From Candidatus Aminicenantes bacterium (lineage in GTDB: Bacteria > Acidobacteriota > Aminicenantia > Aminicenantales > CALLJL01), in assembly GCA_026416195.1 (NCBI GenBank), contig JAOAFQ010000015.1, positions 9,332 through 73,331 of the forward strand: a stretch of DNA of 64,000 bases, given 5' to 3'. The notes under the pieces are model-generated. The model did no database searches, was not told where the DNA came from, and saw only the letters and a program-made list of their open reading frames with translations. This document shows positions 8,580-17,591 of this stretch, piece by piece; the stretch's first letter is position 1; the number at the start of each line of letters is the position of its first letter. The position numbers and the translations under genes were made by a program.

Positions 8580-9368
8580 ATGGAGGATCGACTCAAAGAT
8601 TTTGTTGCGCCAGGGAGTGAAGAAGAAGCTCTTCTCCACCATTTGGATTTTTCTCGTTTGCCCCTGCATATCGCTATCATCATGGATGGTAATGGTCGAT
8701 GGGCCGAAAAAAGAAATTTGCCTCGCATTGAAGGCCATAAGGCCGGTTCAAGAGCGGTTAAGGAAGCCGTTGAATCCTGTTTCCGTCTGGGAATAAAATA
8801 TCTGACTCTTTATGCTTTTTCCAAAGAGAATTGGCGACGTCCAGCCTCGGAAGTGAATATGCTCTGGGAGCTTCTCTACGATTATTTACGAAAGGAAGAT
8901 AAGGAATTGGTTAAGAATAAAATTAAGTTGAAAGTAATTGGCCAGCGAGAAGGAATTCCGCCTAAAGTTTGTCAGGAATTGGCAAGGGTCGAAGCCTTGA
9001 CCAGAGATTTTGAATCCATGGTAGTTCTTTTAGCTTTGAATTATGGGGGACGAACAGAAATTGTTGAGGCAGTAAAAAAGATTATTAAAGAAAATAAACT
9101 AAAACCCGACCAAATTGATGAAAATACTTTTAGTCAATATCTTTACACAGCGGGCATTCCTGACCCTGATTTACTTATCCGAACGAGTGGCGAGCTTCGA
9201 GTGTCCAACTTTTTGCTTTGGCAAATTGCTTATGCTGAAATCTGGATTACTCCTGATTACTGGCCAGATTTCAGTCGGCGCCATCTTCTTCAAGCGCTTA
9301 TCGATTATCAGAAAAGGGAAAGGAGGTTTGGAGCTGTTCGGCATCCTTCGGCCCAAAGTTTACCCTAA
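8580..9368 (+). CDS. uppS: undecaprenyl-diphosphate synthase (cis-isoprenyl transferase)
   Basis: HIAIIMDGNGRWA motif. The ORF-track start at 8544 is a TTG inside the -35 box; the start was moved to the ATG at 8580. Confidence 0.9.
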   Translation: MEDRLKDFVAPGSEEEALLHHLDFSRLPLHIAIIMDGNGRWAEKRNLPRIEGHKAGSRAVKEAVESCFRLGIKYLTLYAFSKENWRRPASEVNMLWELLYDYLRKEDKELVKNKIKLKVIGQREGIPPKVCQELARVEALTRDFESMVVLLALNYGGRTEIVEAVKKIIKENKLKPDQIDENTFSQYLYTAGIPDPDLLIRTSGELRVSNFLLWQIAYAEIWITPDYWPDFSRRHLLQALIDYQKRERRFGAVRHPSAQSLP

Positions 9369-9397
9369 ATGAATAAACCTTTGATTTAGGTTGGTGG

Positions 9398-10207
9398 ATG
9401 GATTTCCGAAAGAGAGCAATCACCGCCATTATTTTACTTGCTTTGGTTTTGACCGTCATTCAATGGTCATCGCCGCTAATTTTTTTTATCTTTCTGCAAC
9501 TTCTTATTCTGGCCTCAATCTTTGAATTTTATGGACTGGTGCAACGGAGAAATATAAAAGTTCATCCTGGGTTGGGGCTTTTTTCGGCTTGGCTTATTAG
9601 TTTTTCCTTCCTTTGGCCTCAAAAATTTTCTCTTGGTCTGGCTATGGTTCTTATTCTTCTAATTCTCAGTAGCTATTTTCTAATTTATACTAAATCTATA
9701 GAAAAAGTAATGATTTTTCCTGTTTCAGTGGCATTAACCTTTCTGGCCCCTTTATACATCAGCTTTCCCCTTAATTTTTTTTATTGGCTTAGATCTGAAT
9801 ATGGTCCGAAGGGAATTTACTTCCTCTTCATGATTATTTTTTTGGGGGATACAGGAGCCTATTTAATTGGTCACCAATTTGGCCGACATCGTTTAGTCCC
9901 TCTGGCCAGTCCAAAAAAGACGGTGGAGGGAGCCATCGCTGGTCTCATCTGGGCGGCAGCGGGAGCCTTTCTTGGGCAGCTCCTTTTCTGGCCATCTCTT
10001 TCTTTTTGGCTATCTTTTTTTCTTGGTTTGGTTACTCACGCTGTGGCCCAAATAGCTGATCCCTTTGAATCGCTTTTTAAGCGAGCCGCCGGAGTTAAGG
10101 ACTCTTCTAATCTTCTCCCTGGCCATGGAGGCTTTCTTGACCGCCTTGATAGCTTCCTTTTGGCTACTCCGGTTTATTACTATCTTCTTTATTTCTTTCG
10201 GCCATGA
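9398..10207 (+). CDS. cdsA: phosphatidate cytidylyltransferase (CDP-diglyceride synthase)
   Basis: Multi-TM protein with the C-terminal CTP-transferase signature GHGGFLDRLDS. Confidence 0.85.
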   Translation: MDFRKRAITAIILLALVLTVIQWSSPLIFFIFLQLLILASIFEFYGLVQRRNIKVHPGLGLFSAWLISFSFLWPQKFSLGLAMVLILLILSSYFLIYTKSIEKVMIFPVSVALTFLAPLYISFPLNFFYWLRSEYGPKGIYFLFMIIFLGDTGAYLIGHQFGRHRLVPLASPKKTVEGAIAGLIWAAAGAFLGQLLFWPSLSFWLSFFLGLVTHAVAQIADPFESLFKRAAGVKDSSNLLPGHGGFLDRLDSFLLATPVYYYLLYFFRP

Positions 10208-11376
10208 CATCCTTATTGAGACAAAAGATTATTATTCTTGGATCAACGGGTTCGATTGGTCGAATGACCTTGGAAGTAGTTGAAAGACTGAGCCATCAAT
10301 TTGAAATTGTTGGGTTGGCCGCTGGAACTAATGCCCAACTACTTCTAGAGCAAGCAATTTTATTCCGGCCTCAAATGGTAGCCATAAGCCAAGAAAAAAG
10401 AATTGAGCCCTTTAAAGAGGAATTTGAGCGTTTGAAAATAAAAGTTTTGGTTGGGCCTGGGGCTGCTCAGAAGCTTTTGGAAGAAATTGAAGCTGATATT
10501 GTCGTCGCTGCTATTACTGGAATTGAAAGTTTGAAACCAACTTTGGCTGCTACTCGAAGAGTCAAAAGAATAGCTTTGGCTAATAAAGAAGCGATGGTAG
10601 TGGCTGGGCAACTGGTGATGGAAGAAGCTCAAAGATGGCAAGCAGAGATTATTCCCATCGATTCCGAGCATTGCGGCATCTTCCAGTGTTTACGAAAGGA
10701 AAAAAAGGAGGATGTCTCTCGAGTAATTCTAACGGCTTCAGGTGGTCCTTTTTTTCAGACCCCCTTAGAAGAATTAGCCAATAAAAAGGTTGAAGAAGCT
10801 CTAGCCCATCCCCGCTGGAAGATGGGTAAAAAGATAACTATCGATAGTGCCACTTTAATGAATAAAGGGTTAGAACTCATTGAGGCTCGCTGGCTTTTTA
10901 ATTTGAAGCCAGAGCAGTTGTCAATTCTTGTTCATCCACAAAGCATTGTTCATTCTTTAGTTGAATTAGTTGATGGCTCAGTTTTGGCCCAGCTCAGTGT
11001 AACTGATATGAGACTTCCCATTCAATTTGCTCTTTGCTATCCTAAACGAGGCGAAAGGCTTGTGCCTTCCCTGAATTTAAGTGAAGTTAAACAGCTTGAG
11101 TTTTTCGATGTTGATGAAGAGCGATATCCTCTTATTCGATTGGCATTTTTGGCCTTAGAAAAAGGAGGAAGTTTGCCGGTAGCGCTCAATGCGGCCAATG
11201 AAGTGGCCGTTGATTCCTTTATGAAAGGAAAGATTGCTTATCCAGAAATAGTCACGGTAATTAAAGAGGTGATTGAAAACCATATATGGCGGCCAGTAGC
11301 AACTCTCGAAGAGATTATGGCGGTTGATGAAGAGTCAAGGGAAAGAGCCAAAAAAATAGTTAATCAGAGGAGTTAA
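10204..11376 (+). CDS. dxr: 1-deoxy-D-xylulose 5-phosphate reductoisomerase
   Basis: IIILGSTGSIGRMTLEV N-terminus, 390 aa. Overlaps cdsA by 4 nt. Confidence 0.9.
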   Translation: MTSLLRQKIIILGSTGSIGRMTLEVVERLSHQFEIVGLAAGTNAQLLLEQAILFRPQMVAISQEKRIEPFKEEFERLKIKVLVGPGAAQKLLEEIEADIVVAAITGIESLKPTLAATRRVKRIALANKEAMVVAGQLVMEEAQRWQAEIIPIDSEHCGIFQCLRKEKKEDVSRVILTASGGPFFQTPLEELANKKVEEALAHPRWKMGKKITIDSATLMNKGLELIEARWLFNLKPEQLSILVHPQSIVHSLVELVDGSVLAQLSVTDMRLPIQFALCYPKRGERLVPSLNLSEVKQLEFFDVDEERYPLIRLAFLALEKGGSLPVALNAANEVAVDSFMKGKIAYPEIVTVIKEVIENHIWRPVATLEEIMAVDEESRERAKKIVNQRS

Positions 11377-11377
11377 G

Positions 11378-12709
11378 ATGGTAACGATTTTGGAAACGAT
11401 TTTTGCCTTTACCATAGTTTTTGCCATTTTGGTTTTTATCCATGAATTTGGCCATTTTTTTATGGCGAAATTGGTTGGAGTGAGGGTTGAGGTTTTTTCT
11501 TTTGGCTATGGTCGCCGTCTCTTTGGTTTTAAGCGCGGAGGGACAGATTATCGAGTGAGTCTGATTCCCATGGGGGGGTATGTCCGCCTTTTGGGTGAAG
11601 GAATGTTTGAGCGACGGGAAAACCTTTCGCCTGAAGATTTTATGGCTAAAAAAAGGTGGCAGCGAGTTTTAATCCTAGCTATGGGTTCCATCATGAATCT
11701 TTTATTAGCTTTTTTTCTAGTGGCCATAATCAACATGGCTGGGGTTAATTCTCCAGAATATTTAGATCAGCCCCCAATAGTTGGCTGGATTGAGCCAGGT
11801 TCGCCGGCTGAAAAGGCCGGGTTAAGGGTAGGTGATCTTATTCTTTCGATAAGCGGCCGTAAAGTGAAGACTTGGACTGAGGTTGAAATTGCTATTAGTT
11901 CCAAACCTGATAAGCTGCTTTCTCTTGAAGTGGAGCGAGAAGGCAAACGCTTAACCCTGTTTCTTAAAACAGAGAAGCGAACTCGCTATGGAATGGGTTA
12001 TGCTGGTTTTATGGCCCGTTCACTAACTCAAATTAGAATGGTGACGCCCAATTCACCCGCTGAAAAGGCAGGACTAAAGCCAGGTGATGTTATTTTAACC
12101 GTCAATGGTCAGGCGGTTTATTTCTTTGAATTTGTCCGGGTCATTGAAGCTAACCCGGAGAAAGAACTTGAGTTGCTTATCCAAAGAGGCCAAGAAACAA
12201 TGAGCTTAAAGGTTACCCCTCGCCGAGAAGGCCAAGTAGGTAAAATTGGTATTCTTCAGGAGCCAAAATCAATTATCAAAAAATATGGCTTTGTAGAAGC
12301 CTTTATTCGGAGTTTCAAGGAAAATATTAGAAATGCCTTTTTGGTTATCCATTTTATTGCTGATCTTTTCGCGGGTGAAGCTTCCACTAGGCAACTCGGG
12401 GGACCCTTAGAAATCGCTAATTTTTCCTATGCAGCCATGCGTTTGGGGTTTTTGGCTTTATTAAATTGGATAGCGCTAATTAGCCTGCAATTAGGAATAA
12501 TTAATCTATTTCCAATTCCGGTTTTCGATGGCGGGCAAATTTTTGTTCTTTTTATCGAGGGCCTTATAAGACGAGATTTAAGTCCGCGGTTGCGACAGAT
12601 TTGGATGCAAATTGGCTTAGTTATTTTCATTGTCCTAATCGTTTTTATTATCCTTAATGACATTGTCAAAAGAATGCCCAATGGTTGGGAAAGTCTTCTT
12701 CCATGGTAA
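11378..12709 (+). CDS. rseP: RIP zinc metalloprotease RseP (site-2 protease, M50 with PDZ domains)
   Basis: HEFGHFFMAK HExxH motif in TM1, two PDZ-like segments (GSPAEKAGL..., NSPAEKAGLKPGD), 443 aa. Classic position after dxr. Confidence 0.85.
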   Translation: MVTILETIFAFTIVFAILVFIHEFGHFFMAKLVGVRVEVFSFGYGRRLFGFKRGGTDYRVSLIPMGGYVRLLGEGMFERRENLSPEDFMAKKRWQRVLILAMGSIMNLLLAFFLVAIINMAGVNSPEYLDQPPIVGWIEPGSPAEKAGLRVGDLILSISGRKVKTWTEVEIAISSKPDKLLSLEVEREGKRLTLFLKTEKRTRYGMGYAGFMARSLTQIRMVTPNSPAEKAGLKPGDVILTVNGQAVYFFEFVRVIEANPEKELELLIQRGQETMSLKVTPRREGQVGKIGILQEPKSIIKKYGFVEAFIRSFKENIRNAFLVIHFIADLFAGEASTRQLGGPLEIANFSYAAMRLGFLALLNWIALISLQLGIINLFPIPVFDGGQIFVLFIEGLIRRDLSPRLRQIWMQIGLVIFIVLIVFIILNDIVKRMPNGWESLLPW

Positions 12710-13812
12710 ATTCCATGGTAAATAAATCGCCATTTCAATTGCCTCGTCGCCAATCGAAGCCAATAAAAATTGGCCAGGTGATAGTCGGCGGCGGCGCGCC
12801 CATTGTTGTTCAATCTATGACCAAGACTAAGACTAAAGATATAACCTCAACGATCCAACAAATTCAAAGCTTGGCAAGAGTGGGTTGTGAGATCGTCCGA
12901 GTAGCTATTCCTGATAAAGAAACGGCCATTTCATTAAAAAAGATTTGCCAGGAATCACCCCTGCCGATAATTGCTGATATTCATTTTGATTATCGGTTAG
13001 CCTTAGCAGCAATTGAAGCTGGCGCCAATGGTCTGCGAATCAATCCAGGAACAATTGGCTCCAAAGAAAAAATAAAAATAATTGTTCGTGAAGCTCGGGA
13101 AAGAGGAATTCCTATCAGAATTGGTCTTAATTCAGGTTCACTGGAAAAATCAATTCTCAAAAAATATGGGCGACCTACGGCTGAAGCCTTAGTTGAAAGC
13201 GCTCTTAATTGCGTTCATTTCTTTGAGGACCTCGGTTTTGATTTGATCAAAATTTCCCTCAAGGCTTCAGATGTTCTAACCACACTTCAAGCTTATCGCC
13301 TTATGGCTGAAAAGGTTGATTACCCTTTTCATGTGGGCATTACGGAAGCAGGGCCACTTTTAATTGGGTCCGTTAAGTCAGCGGTTGGTTGTGGACTTCT
13401 AATTTACGAAGGCCTGGCTGATACACTTAGAGTCTCCCTTACTGCCCCACCTGAAGAAGAAGTTCGAGTCGCCTATCTTATCTTATCGAGTTTAAACCTT
13501 AGAAAAAAAGGGATAGAGCTTATTTCCTGTCCAACCTGCGGGCGAATTCAAGTTGATTTACTTCGCCTTGTGGCCCAGGTTGAAAAAGAGCTTTCCCGCC
13601 TTGAAGTGCCGTTAAAGGTAGCTTTAATGGGTTGCATGGTCAATGGTCCTGGTGAAGCCCGAGAAGCTGATATTGGCCTAGCTTGTGGCCGTGGTCAAGC
13701 CGTCATTTTTAAAAGGGGACGAGTTTGGAAAAAGATTAAAGAGGAGGCGATGATTCCTATTTTTATCGAAGAGGTTCATAAATTGGCCAAAAAGAAGGAG
13801 GAGAGAAGCTGA
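12703..13812 (+). CDS. ispG: 4-hydroxy-3-methylbut-2-enyl diphosphate synthase (flavodoxin), IspG/GcpE
   Basis: RRQSKPIKIGQVIVGGGAPIVVQSMT N-terminus and C-terminal Cys cluster CPTCGR...GCMVNGPGE. The ORF-track TTG start at 12685 overlaps rseP; the ATG at 12703 or 12715 is the likely true start. Confidence 0.9.
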   Translation: MVNSMVNKSPFQLPRRQSKPIKIGQVIVGGGAPIVVQSMTKTKTKDITSTIQQIQSLARVGCEIVRVAIPDKETAISLKKICQESPLPIIADIHFDYRLALAAIEAGANGLRINPGTIGSKEKIKIIVREARERGIPIRIGLNSGSLEKSILKKYGRPTAEALVESALNCVHFFEDLGFDLIKISLKASDVLTTLQAYRLMAEKVDYPFHVGITEAGPLLIGSVKSAVGCGLLIYEGLADTLRVSLTAPPEEEVRVAYLILSSLNLRKKGIELISCPTCGRIQVDLLRLVAQVEKELSRLEVPLKVALMGCMVNGPGEAREADIGLACGRGQAVIFKRGRVWKKIKEEAMIPIFIEEVHKLAKKKEERS

Positions 13813-13854
13813 TCAATCTAAAAATGAATAATTTTTAAAGGATAAATCCTAAGA

Positions 13855-14751
13855 ATGAAAAAGAAATTAAAGAGAAAAAATGAAAAAGGAAAAGAAAAAA
13901 TAAAATTAAATAAGTCTAAATCGATCCTTTCAAAAATAGCTATGGTCAAATATCAAAGATTAAAGAAAACTTTGGCTTCAATGCCAGGAGCAGTGGTGGC
14001 CTTCTCAGGAGGGGTGGATAGTACTTTTCTTTTGCGGGTGGCCTCTGAGGTTTTAAAAGATAAGGTTTTGGCCGTCGTGGCTTCCTCGCTTACCTATCCT
14101 CAAGATGAGGTTCAACAAGCCCTTAACTTAGCCCGAGAAATGGAAGTCCGAGTACGGCTTATTGAGACCAAAGAAGTAGCCAACCCTATTTTTTCAGCTA
14201 ATCCACCTGATCGCTGTTACTATTGCAAGCAAGAGCTTTTTGCTCAACTCAAAAAAATTGCCCTCGAAGAAAATTTCCCTTTTATTCTCGATGGGACAAA
14301 TTATGATGATCGCCAAGATTATCGACCAGGCCTCAAAGCAGCCAAAGAATGGGGGGTTCGTTCTCCTTTAGCTGAAGTCAAATTGAAAAAAGAAGAAATA
14401 AGAGAACTTTCTCGATGGCTTGGTTTGACCACCTGGGATAAGCCGTCTATGGCTTGCTTAGCTTCCCGTTTTCCCTATTTTATGGAGATCAAACCGGAAA
14501 GATTGGAAAAAGTAGCTAAAGCTGAAAATTTTCTTCGTCAGGCCGGATTTAAACAAGTTAGAGTTCGTCATCAGAGCGATGAGCTTGTTCGCATCGAAAT
14601 TTTGCCTGAGCAATTTCCGTTAATTATTAATCCAGCCACAAGAGAAAATTTAGTCAACCAACTCAAATCACTGGGATATATTTATATAACTTTTGATCTT
14701 GAGGGTTACCGCCAAGGAAGTCTTAATCTCCTTCTTAAAAAGGTCAAATGA
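13855..14751 (+). CDS. PP-loop ATP pyrophosphatase, LarE/TIGR00268-like (ATP-dependent sulfur transferase family)
   Basis: PP-loop VAFSGGVDSTFLL, with a conserved ACLASRF region. About 30-aa Lys-rich N-terminal extension; an alternative start lies at the ATG at 13942. Confidence 0.6.
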   Translation: MKKKLKRKNEKGKEKIKLNKSKSILSKIAMVKYQRLKKTLASMPGAVVAFSGGVDSTFLLRVASEVLKDKVLAVVASSLTYPQDEVQQALNLAREMEVRVRLIETKEVANPIFSANPPDRCYYCKQELFAQLKKIALEENFPFILDGTNYDDRQDYRPGLKAAKEWGVRSPLAEVKLKKEEIRELSRWLGLTTWDKPSMACLASRFPYFMEIKPERLEKVAKAENFLRQAGFKQVRVRHQSDELVRIEILPEQFPLIINPATRENLVNQLKSLGYIYITFDLEGYRQGSLNLLLKKVK

Positions 14752-14764
14752 AAGATCGATTGTC

Positions 14765-14793
14765 ATCTCTATTAGAGATAATTTAAATTTTTT
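14765..14793. terminator. weak bidirectional hairpin between convergent genes
   Basis: ATCTCT-ATT-AGAGAT stem-loop followed by an AT-rich run ending in T6, between the LarE-like gene and the 2-hydroxyacid dehydrogenase. The stem is AT-rich and therefore weak. Confidence 0.25.
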
Positions 14794-15754
14794 ACCAAAC
14801 TAAGTTATCTGGTCTTTGACCCGAAAGCCCCTGGAGCAAATTGCGGACAGCGGTCATGGCCATTTGGAGACGGGTGGTTCTAGTAGCACTACCAATGTGA
14901 GGCAGAAGGACAACGTTTTCTAAGGAAAGCAGTTTATTTTCAATCTCTGGTTCTCTTTCATAGACATCAAGGCCGGCTCCCCAGATTTTTCCGTCTTTTA
15001 AAGCTGAGGCTAAAGCAGCTTCATCGACAATTGGGCCGCGGGCAACATTGATAAGAATCGCTGTTTTCTTCATTAAGGAAATTCTTTCCTGATTAATCAG
15101 ATGGTAGGTTGAAGGATTAAGGGAAGTATGGATGGTGATAATGTCGGACCTCTTTAAAAGTTCATCAAGAGGTAAATAAGTAGCTTGAAGATTTCTTTCT
15201 TCCTCGGCTGATAATCTTTTAAGATCATAATAAAAAATTTTCATAGAAAAACCTAAAGCCCGACGAGCCACAGCTTGGCCGATGCGGCCGAAGCCAATTA
15301 TTCCTAAAGTCTGGCCATAAACTTCTTGGCCAAGAAAAAGATCAAGGGCCCAGCCCCGAAAACGACCTGCTCGGGTAAAAAGGTCCGCTTGAGGAATCTT
15401 TCTGGCCACTGCCAGAATGAGGGCCCAGGTTAAATCAGCCGTAGCCTCAGTAAGTACCCCAGGAGTATTGGTGACAAAAATTCCCCTTTGTCGGCAAAAA
15501 TCCACATCAATATTATCATAGCCTACCGCACAATTAGCGATTATTTTGAGTCTTTTGGCCCGTTCGATTATTTCACGGTCAATTTGGTTGACCAGCAGGG
15601 TTAGAAGACCATCTTTGTCCTCCACTGCTTTCAAGATTTCTTCTTTTGAAAGGGGAGCCTCTGCCTGCCCACCTTCGACCTCTGCCTCTTGCTTTAGCCA
15701 TTCGAGAGCTTCGGGAAAAATACGTTGGGTAACAAAAACCTTTGGTCTCACCAT
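14792..15754 (-). CDS. D-isomer-specific 2-hydroxyacid dehydrogenase (glyoxylate/hydroxypyruvate reductase-like)
   Basis: GxGxxG NAD site GIIGFGRIGQAVARRA. Catalytic-domain architecture of the GhrB/D-glycerate dehydrogenase family, 320 aa. Confidence 0.8.
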   Translation of the reverse strand: MVRPKVFVTQRIFPEALEWLKQEAEVEGGQAEAPLSKEEILKAVEDKDGLLTLLVNQIDREIIERAKRLKIIANCAVGYDNIDVDFCRQRGIFVTNTPGVLTEATADLTWALILAVARKIPQADLFTRAGRFRGWALDLFLGQEVYGQTLGIIGFGRIGQAVARRALGFSMKIFYYDLKRLSAEEERNLQATYLPLDELLKRSDIITIHTSLNPSTYHLINQERISLMKKTAILINVARGPIVDEAALASALKDGKIWGAGLDVYEREPEIENKLLSLENVVLLPHIGSATRTTRLQMAMTAVRNLLQGLSGQRPDNLVW

Positions 15755-15834
15755 CTTTAGTTCCTCCTTTCTTAGTATTTCCTCTTTTTTGAATTGAAAT
15801 TAGTTGATTGACTTTAATTTGGCCAAGTGATTTC

Positions 15835-16575
15835 CTAGCTAAAATCGAGTAAAGGATAAAAATAATTTCGACAATTAGTCCAAAGGGACGGATAGGAAAA
15901 GCCCGAACGCCAACGAAAAGAGAAAAGTTCATCGCTAATGAGCAGGAGGGCAGCAGCCCTTAGCCTATAAAATTTGGCCAACGCTAACCAAGCTGAGGTT
16001 TCCATATCCACCGCTTCTGCCCCCTTTTTCTGGGCTCTTAAAAGCCAGTTTCTAGTCTCTCGATAAGGAGCATCTGTGGAAATAACAACAGCCCGCCGAA
16101 TCTCTAATCCCTGTTCTTCTAACCTTTTTTCTATCCTAGCAGTCAGTTCCTTGGAAGAAGGGATGATCTCCTGAAGGGGTAAATAATGTCGAGAGGTTCC
16201 TTCGTCGGCAATGGCTTTTTCGACCAAAATGGCTTGACCAATTTTAAGACTAGGAGAAAGGGAACCAGCAAAACCTAACAGAATAATTTCTTGCCCTCCT
16301 GAAGCAATAAGTCTTTCTCCAACCATAATGGCTAGAGGGGCACCTATGGCCCCATAAATGAGAACATTCCGAGGCAACAAATATAAGGTAAAGCCCTCAA
16401 ATTGCTTAAATTTGATGGCCCTTTTTTGAATTAAAGAAATTAAATCTACCTTAGGGGGAAGATAAGGAAGATGGATTATCAATTTACGGTGGAAACCGTG
16501 AACTGGTTGTGGCTTAATGATGGGCCTTTCCTTTTTTTCATTTTTCACGGGAGCAAAATAGCAAAAAAGAGGCAA
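15835..16575 (-). CDS. PNP/UDP-1 family nucleosidase (MTA/SAH/5'-deoxyadenosine nucleosidase or futalosine hydrolase-like)
   Basis: NVLIYGAIGAPLAIMVGERLIASGGQEIILLGFAGSL and VDMETSAWLALAKFYRLRAAALLLISDEL match the MtnN/Pfs-family core. The ATG at 16575 is only 17 nt from the divergent neighbour; an internal TTG near 16482 is the likelier start. Confidence 0.6.
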   Translation of the reverse strand: MPLFCYFAPVKNEKKERPIIKPQPVHGFHRKLIIHLPYLPPKVDLISLIQKRAIKFKQFEGFTLYLLPRNVLIYGAIGAPLAIMVGERLIASGGQEIILLGFAGSLSPSLKIGQAILVEKAIADEGTSRHYLPLQEIIPSSKELTARIEKRLEEQGLEIRRAVVISTDAPYRETRNWLLRAQKKGAEAVDMETSAWLALAKFYRLRAAALLLISDELFSFRWRSGFSYPSLWTNCRNYFYPLLDFS

Positions 16576-16592
16576 AATGAAAAGATGAGGAT

Positions 16593-17591
16593 TTGCTAAG
16601 TAAGGCCAAGCTATTTACAATGAAAAGGATGAAACTCCTTACAGTTTGTCTAGAAGCTATCAATCTTAAAGAGAAAAAATTTTGTCTTTCTCCTTTTATT
16701 GACTATCAGAAATTAGTTCCATCTATTGCCCGAGTAGGCTTACTTGTTCCTCCCCTTGTAAAATCAATTGATAATGGTCTGATGGTAATTTCAGGCTGGC
16801 GACGAGTCTTAGCTTGTTATGATTTAAAAATCGAGACGATCCCAATTTTATTGACTTCGGCAGAAGCCACTGATCTTGACCTCTTGGTCCAGGTTATCGA
16901 GGAAAATGTTACTACCCGATCTTTAAGCTTGGCAGAGAAGGCTGAAGCTATTTCTAAGCTTCAACAATTTGGCCTTTCTGAAGCAAAAATTATGGCTGAT
17001 TTTTTCCCCCGCTTTTCTTTGCCCCAAAAAAGAGAATATTTTCAACTTTTAACTCAAGTCGCGACTCAAGGATCTGAAGAATTAAAAAGATTTCTCCATC
17101 AACAAGAAATTTCAATGGAAGCCTTGGCAATATTTTTAACTTTTCCGCCCGAAGCTCAGAAAAAATTGATTCCCTTTCTACAAACCTTAAGTTATAGCCA
17201 ACGACGAGAAATTGTTTTTTATTTTCAGGAGATAGCGTCGAGAGACGGTTGTTCAGTTGAAGATCTTCTAAAAAATAAGGAAATACTAGCTTTTTTTGAT
17301 CATTCAGAAGTTTCGTCTCGCTCAAAAAGCGAAGCTCTGATTGAGTGGTTACGCCAAAAACGTTATCCTTTAATTACTAGTTGGAAAAAGGAAATAGACC
17401 AGACTTTAAGGGAGCTTTCCTGGCCCCAGGAGGTTCACCTGGCATACGATCCTACTTTTGAGCGTCCAGAAATCAAAGTTTGTTTTTCTTTTTGTAATCA
17501 GGCTCAATTTCTCTTCCTTTTGGATAAGTTGAAAAAAATTGGCGAAAGGCCAGCCTTTCGAAGACTTTTTCGAAGAACTTTTGAGGAATGA
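16593..17591 (+). CDS. ParB/Srx-like N-terminal domain protein (ParB-like nuclease/CTP-binding fold) with unknown C-terminal domain
   Basis: ParB-N-like segment LVPPLVKSIDNGLMVISGWRRVLACYDL (GxRR motif), followed by an HTH-like SLAEKAEAISKL. Possible later start at M10 or M13. Its stop overlaps the next gene (ATGA). Confidence 0.5.
   Translation: MLSKAKLFTMKRMKLLTVCLEAINLKEKKFCLSPFIDYQKLVPSIARVGLLVPPLVKSIDNGLMVISGWRRVLACYDLKIETIPILLTSAEATDLDLLVQVIEENVTTRSLSLAEKAEAISKLQQFGLSEAKIMADFFPRFSLPQKREYFQLLTQVATQGSEELKRFLHQQEISMEALAIFLTFPPEAQKKLIPFLQTLSYSQRREIVFYFQEIASRDGCSVEDLLKNKEILAFFDHSEVSSRSKSEALIEWLRQKRYPLITSWKKEIDQTLRELSWPQEVHLAYDPTFERPEIKVCFSFCNQAQFLFLLDKLKKIGERPAFRRLFRRTFEE

Noticed and set aside
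8523-8796. Three overlapping small ORFs around the hypC/uppS control region
   Set aside because: They overlap the promoter and the uppS 5' end, in other frames or antisense. Explained by the uppS coding sequence.
10360-10671. 103-aa minus-strand ORF
   Set aside because: Antisense within dxr.
12427-12813. 128-aa minus-strand ORF
   Set aside because: Antisense to the rseP 3' end and the ispG 5' end.
15546-15932. 83-aa plus-strand and 117-aa minus-strand ORFs
   Set aside because: They overlap the 5' end of the 2-hydroxyacid dehydrogenase gene and the intergenic spacer. Low-complexity S/R-rich translations.
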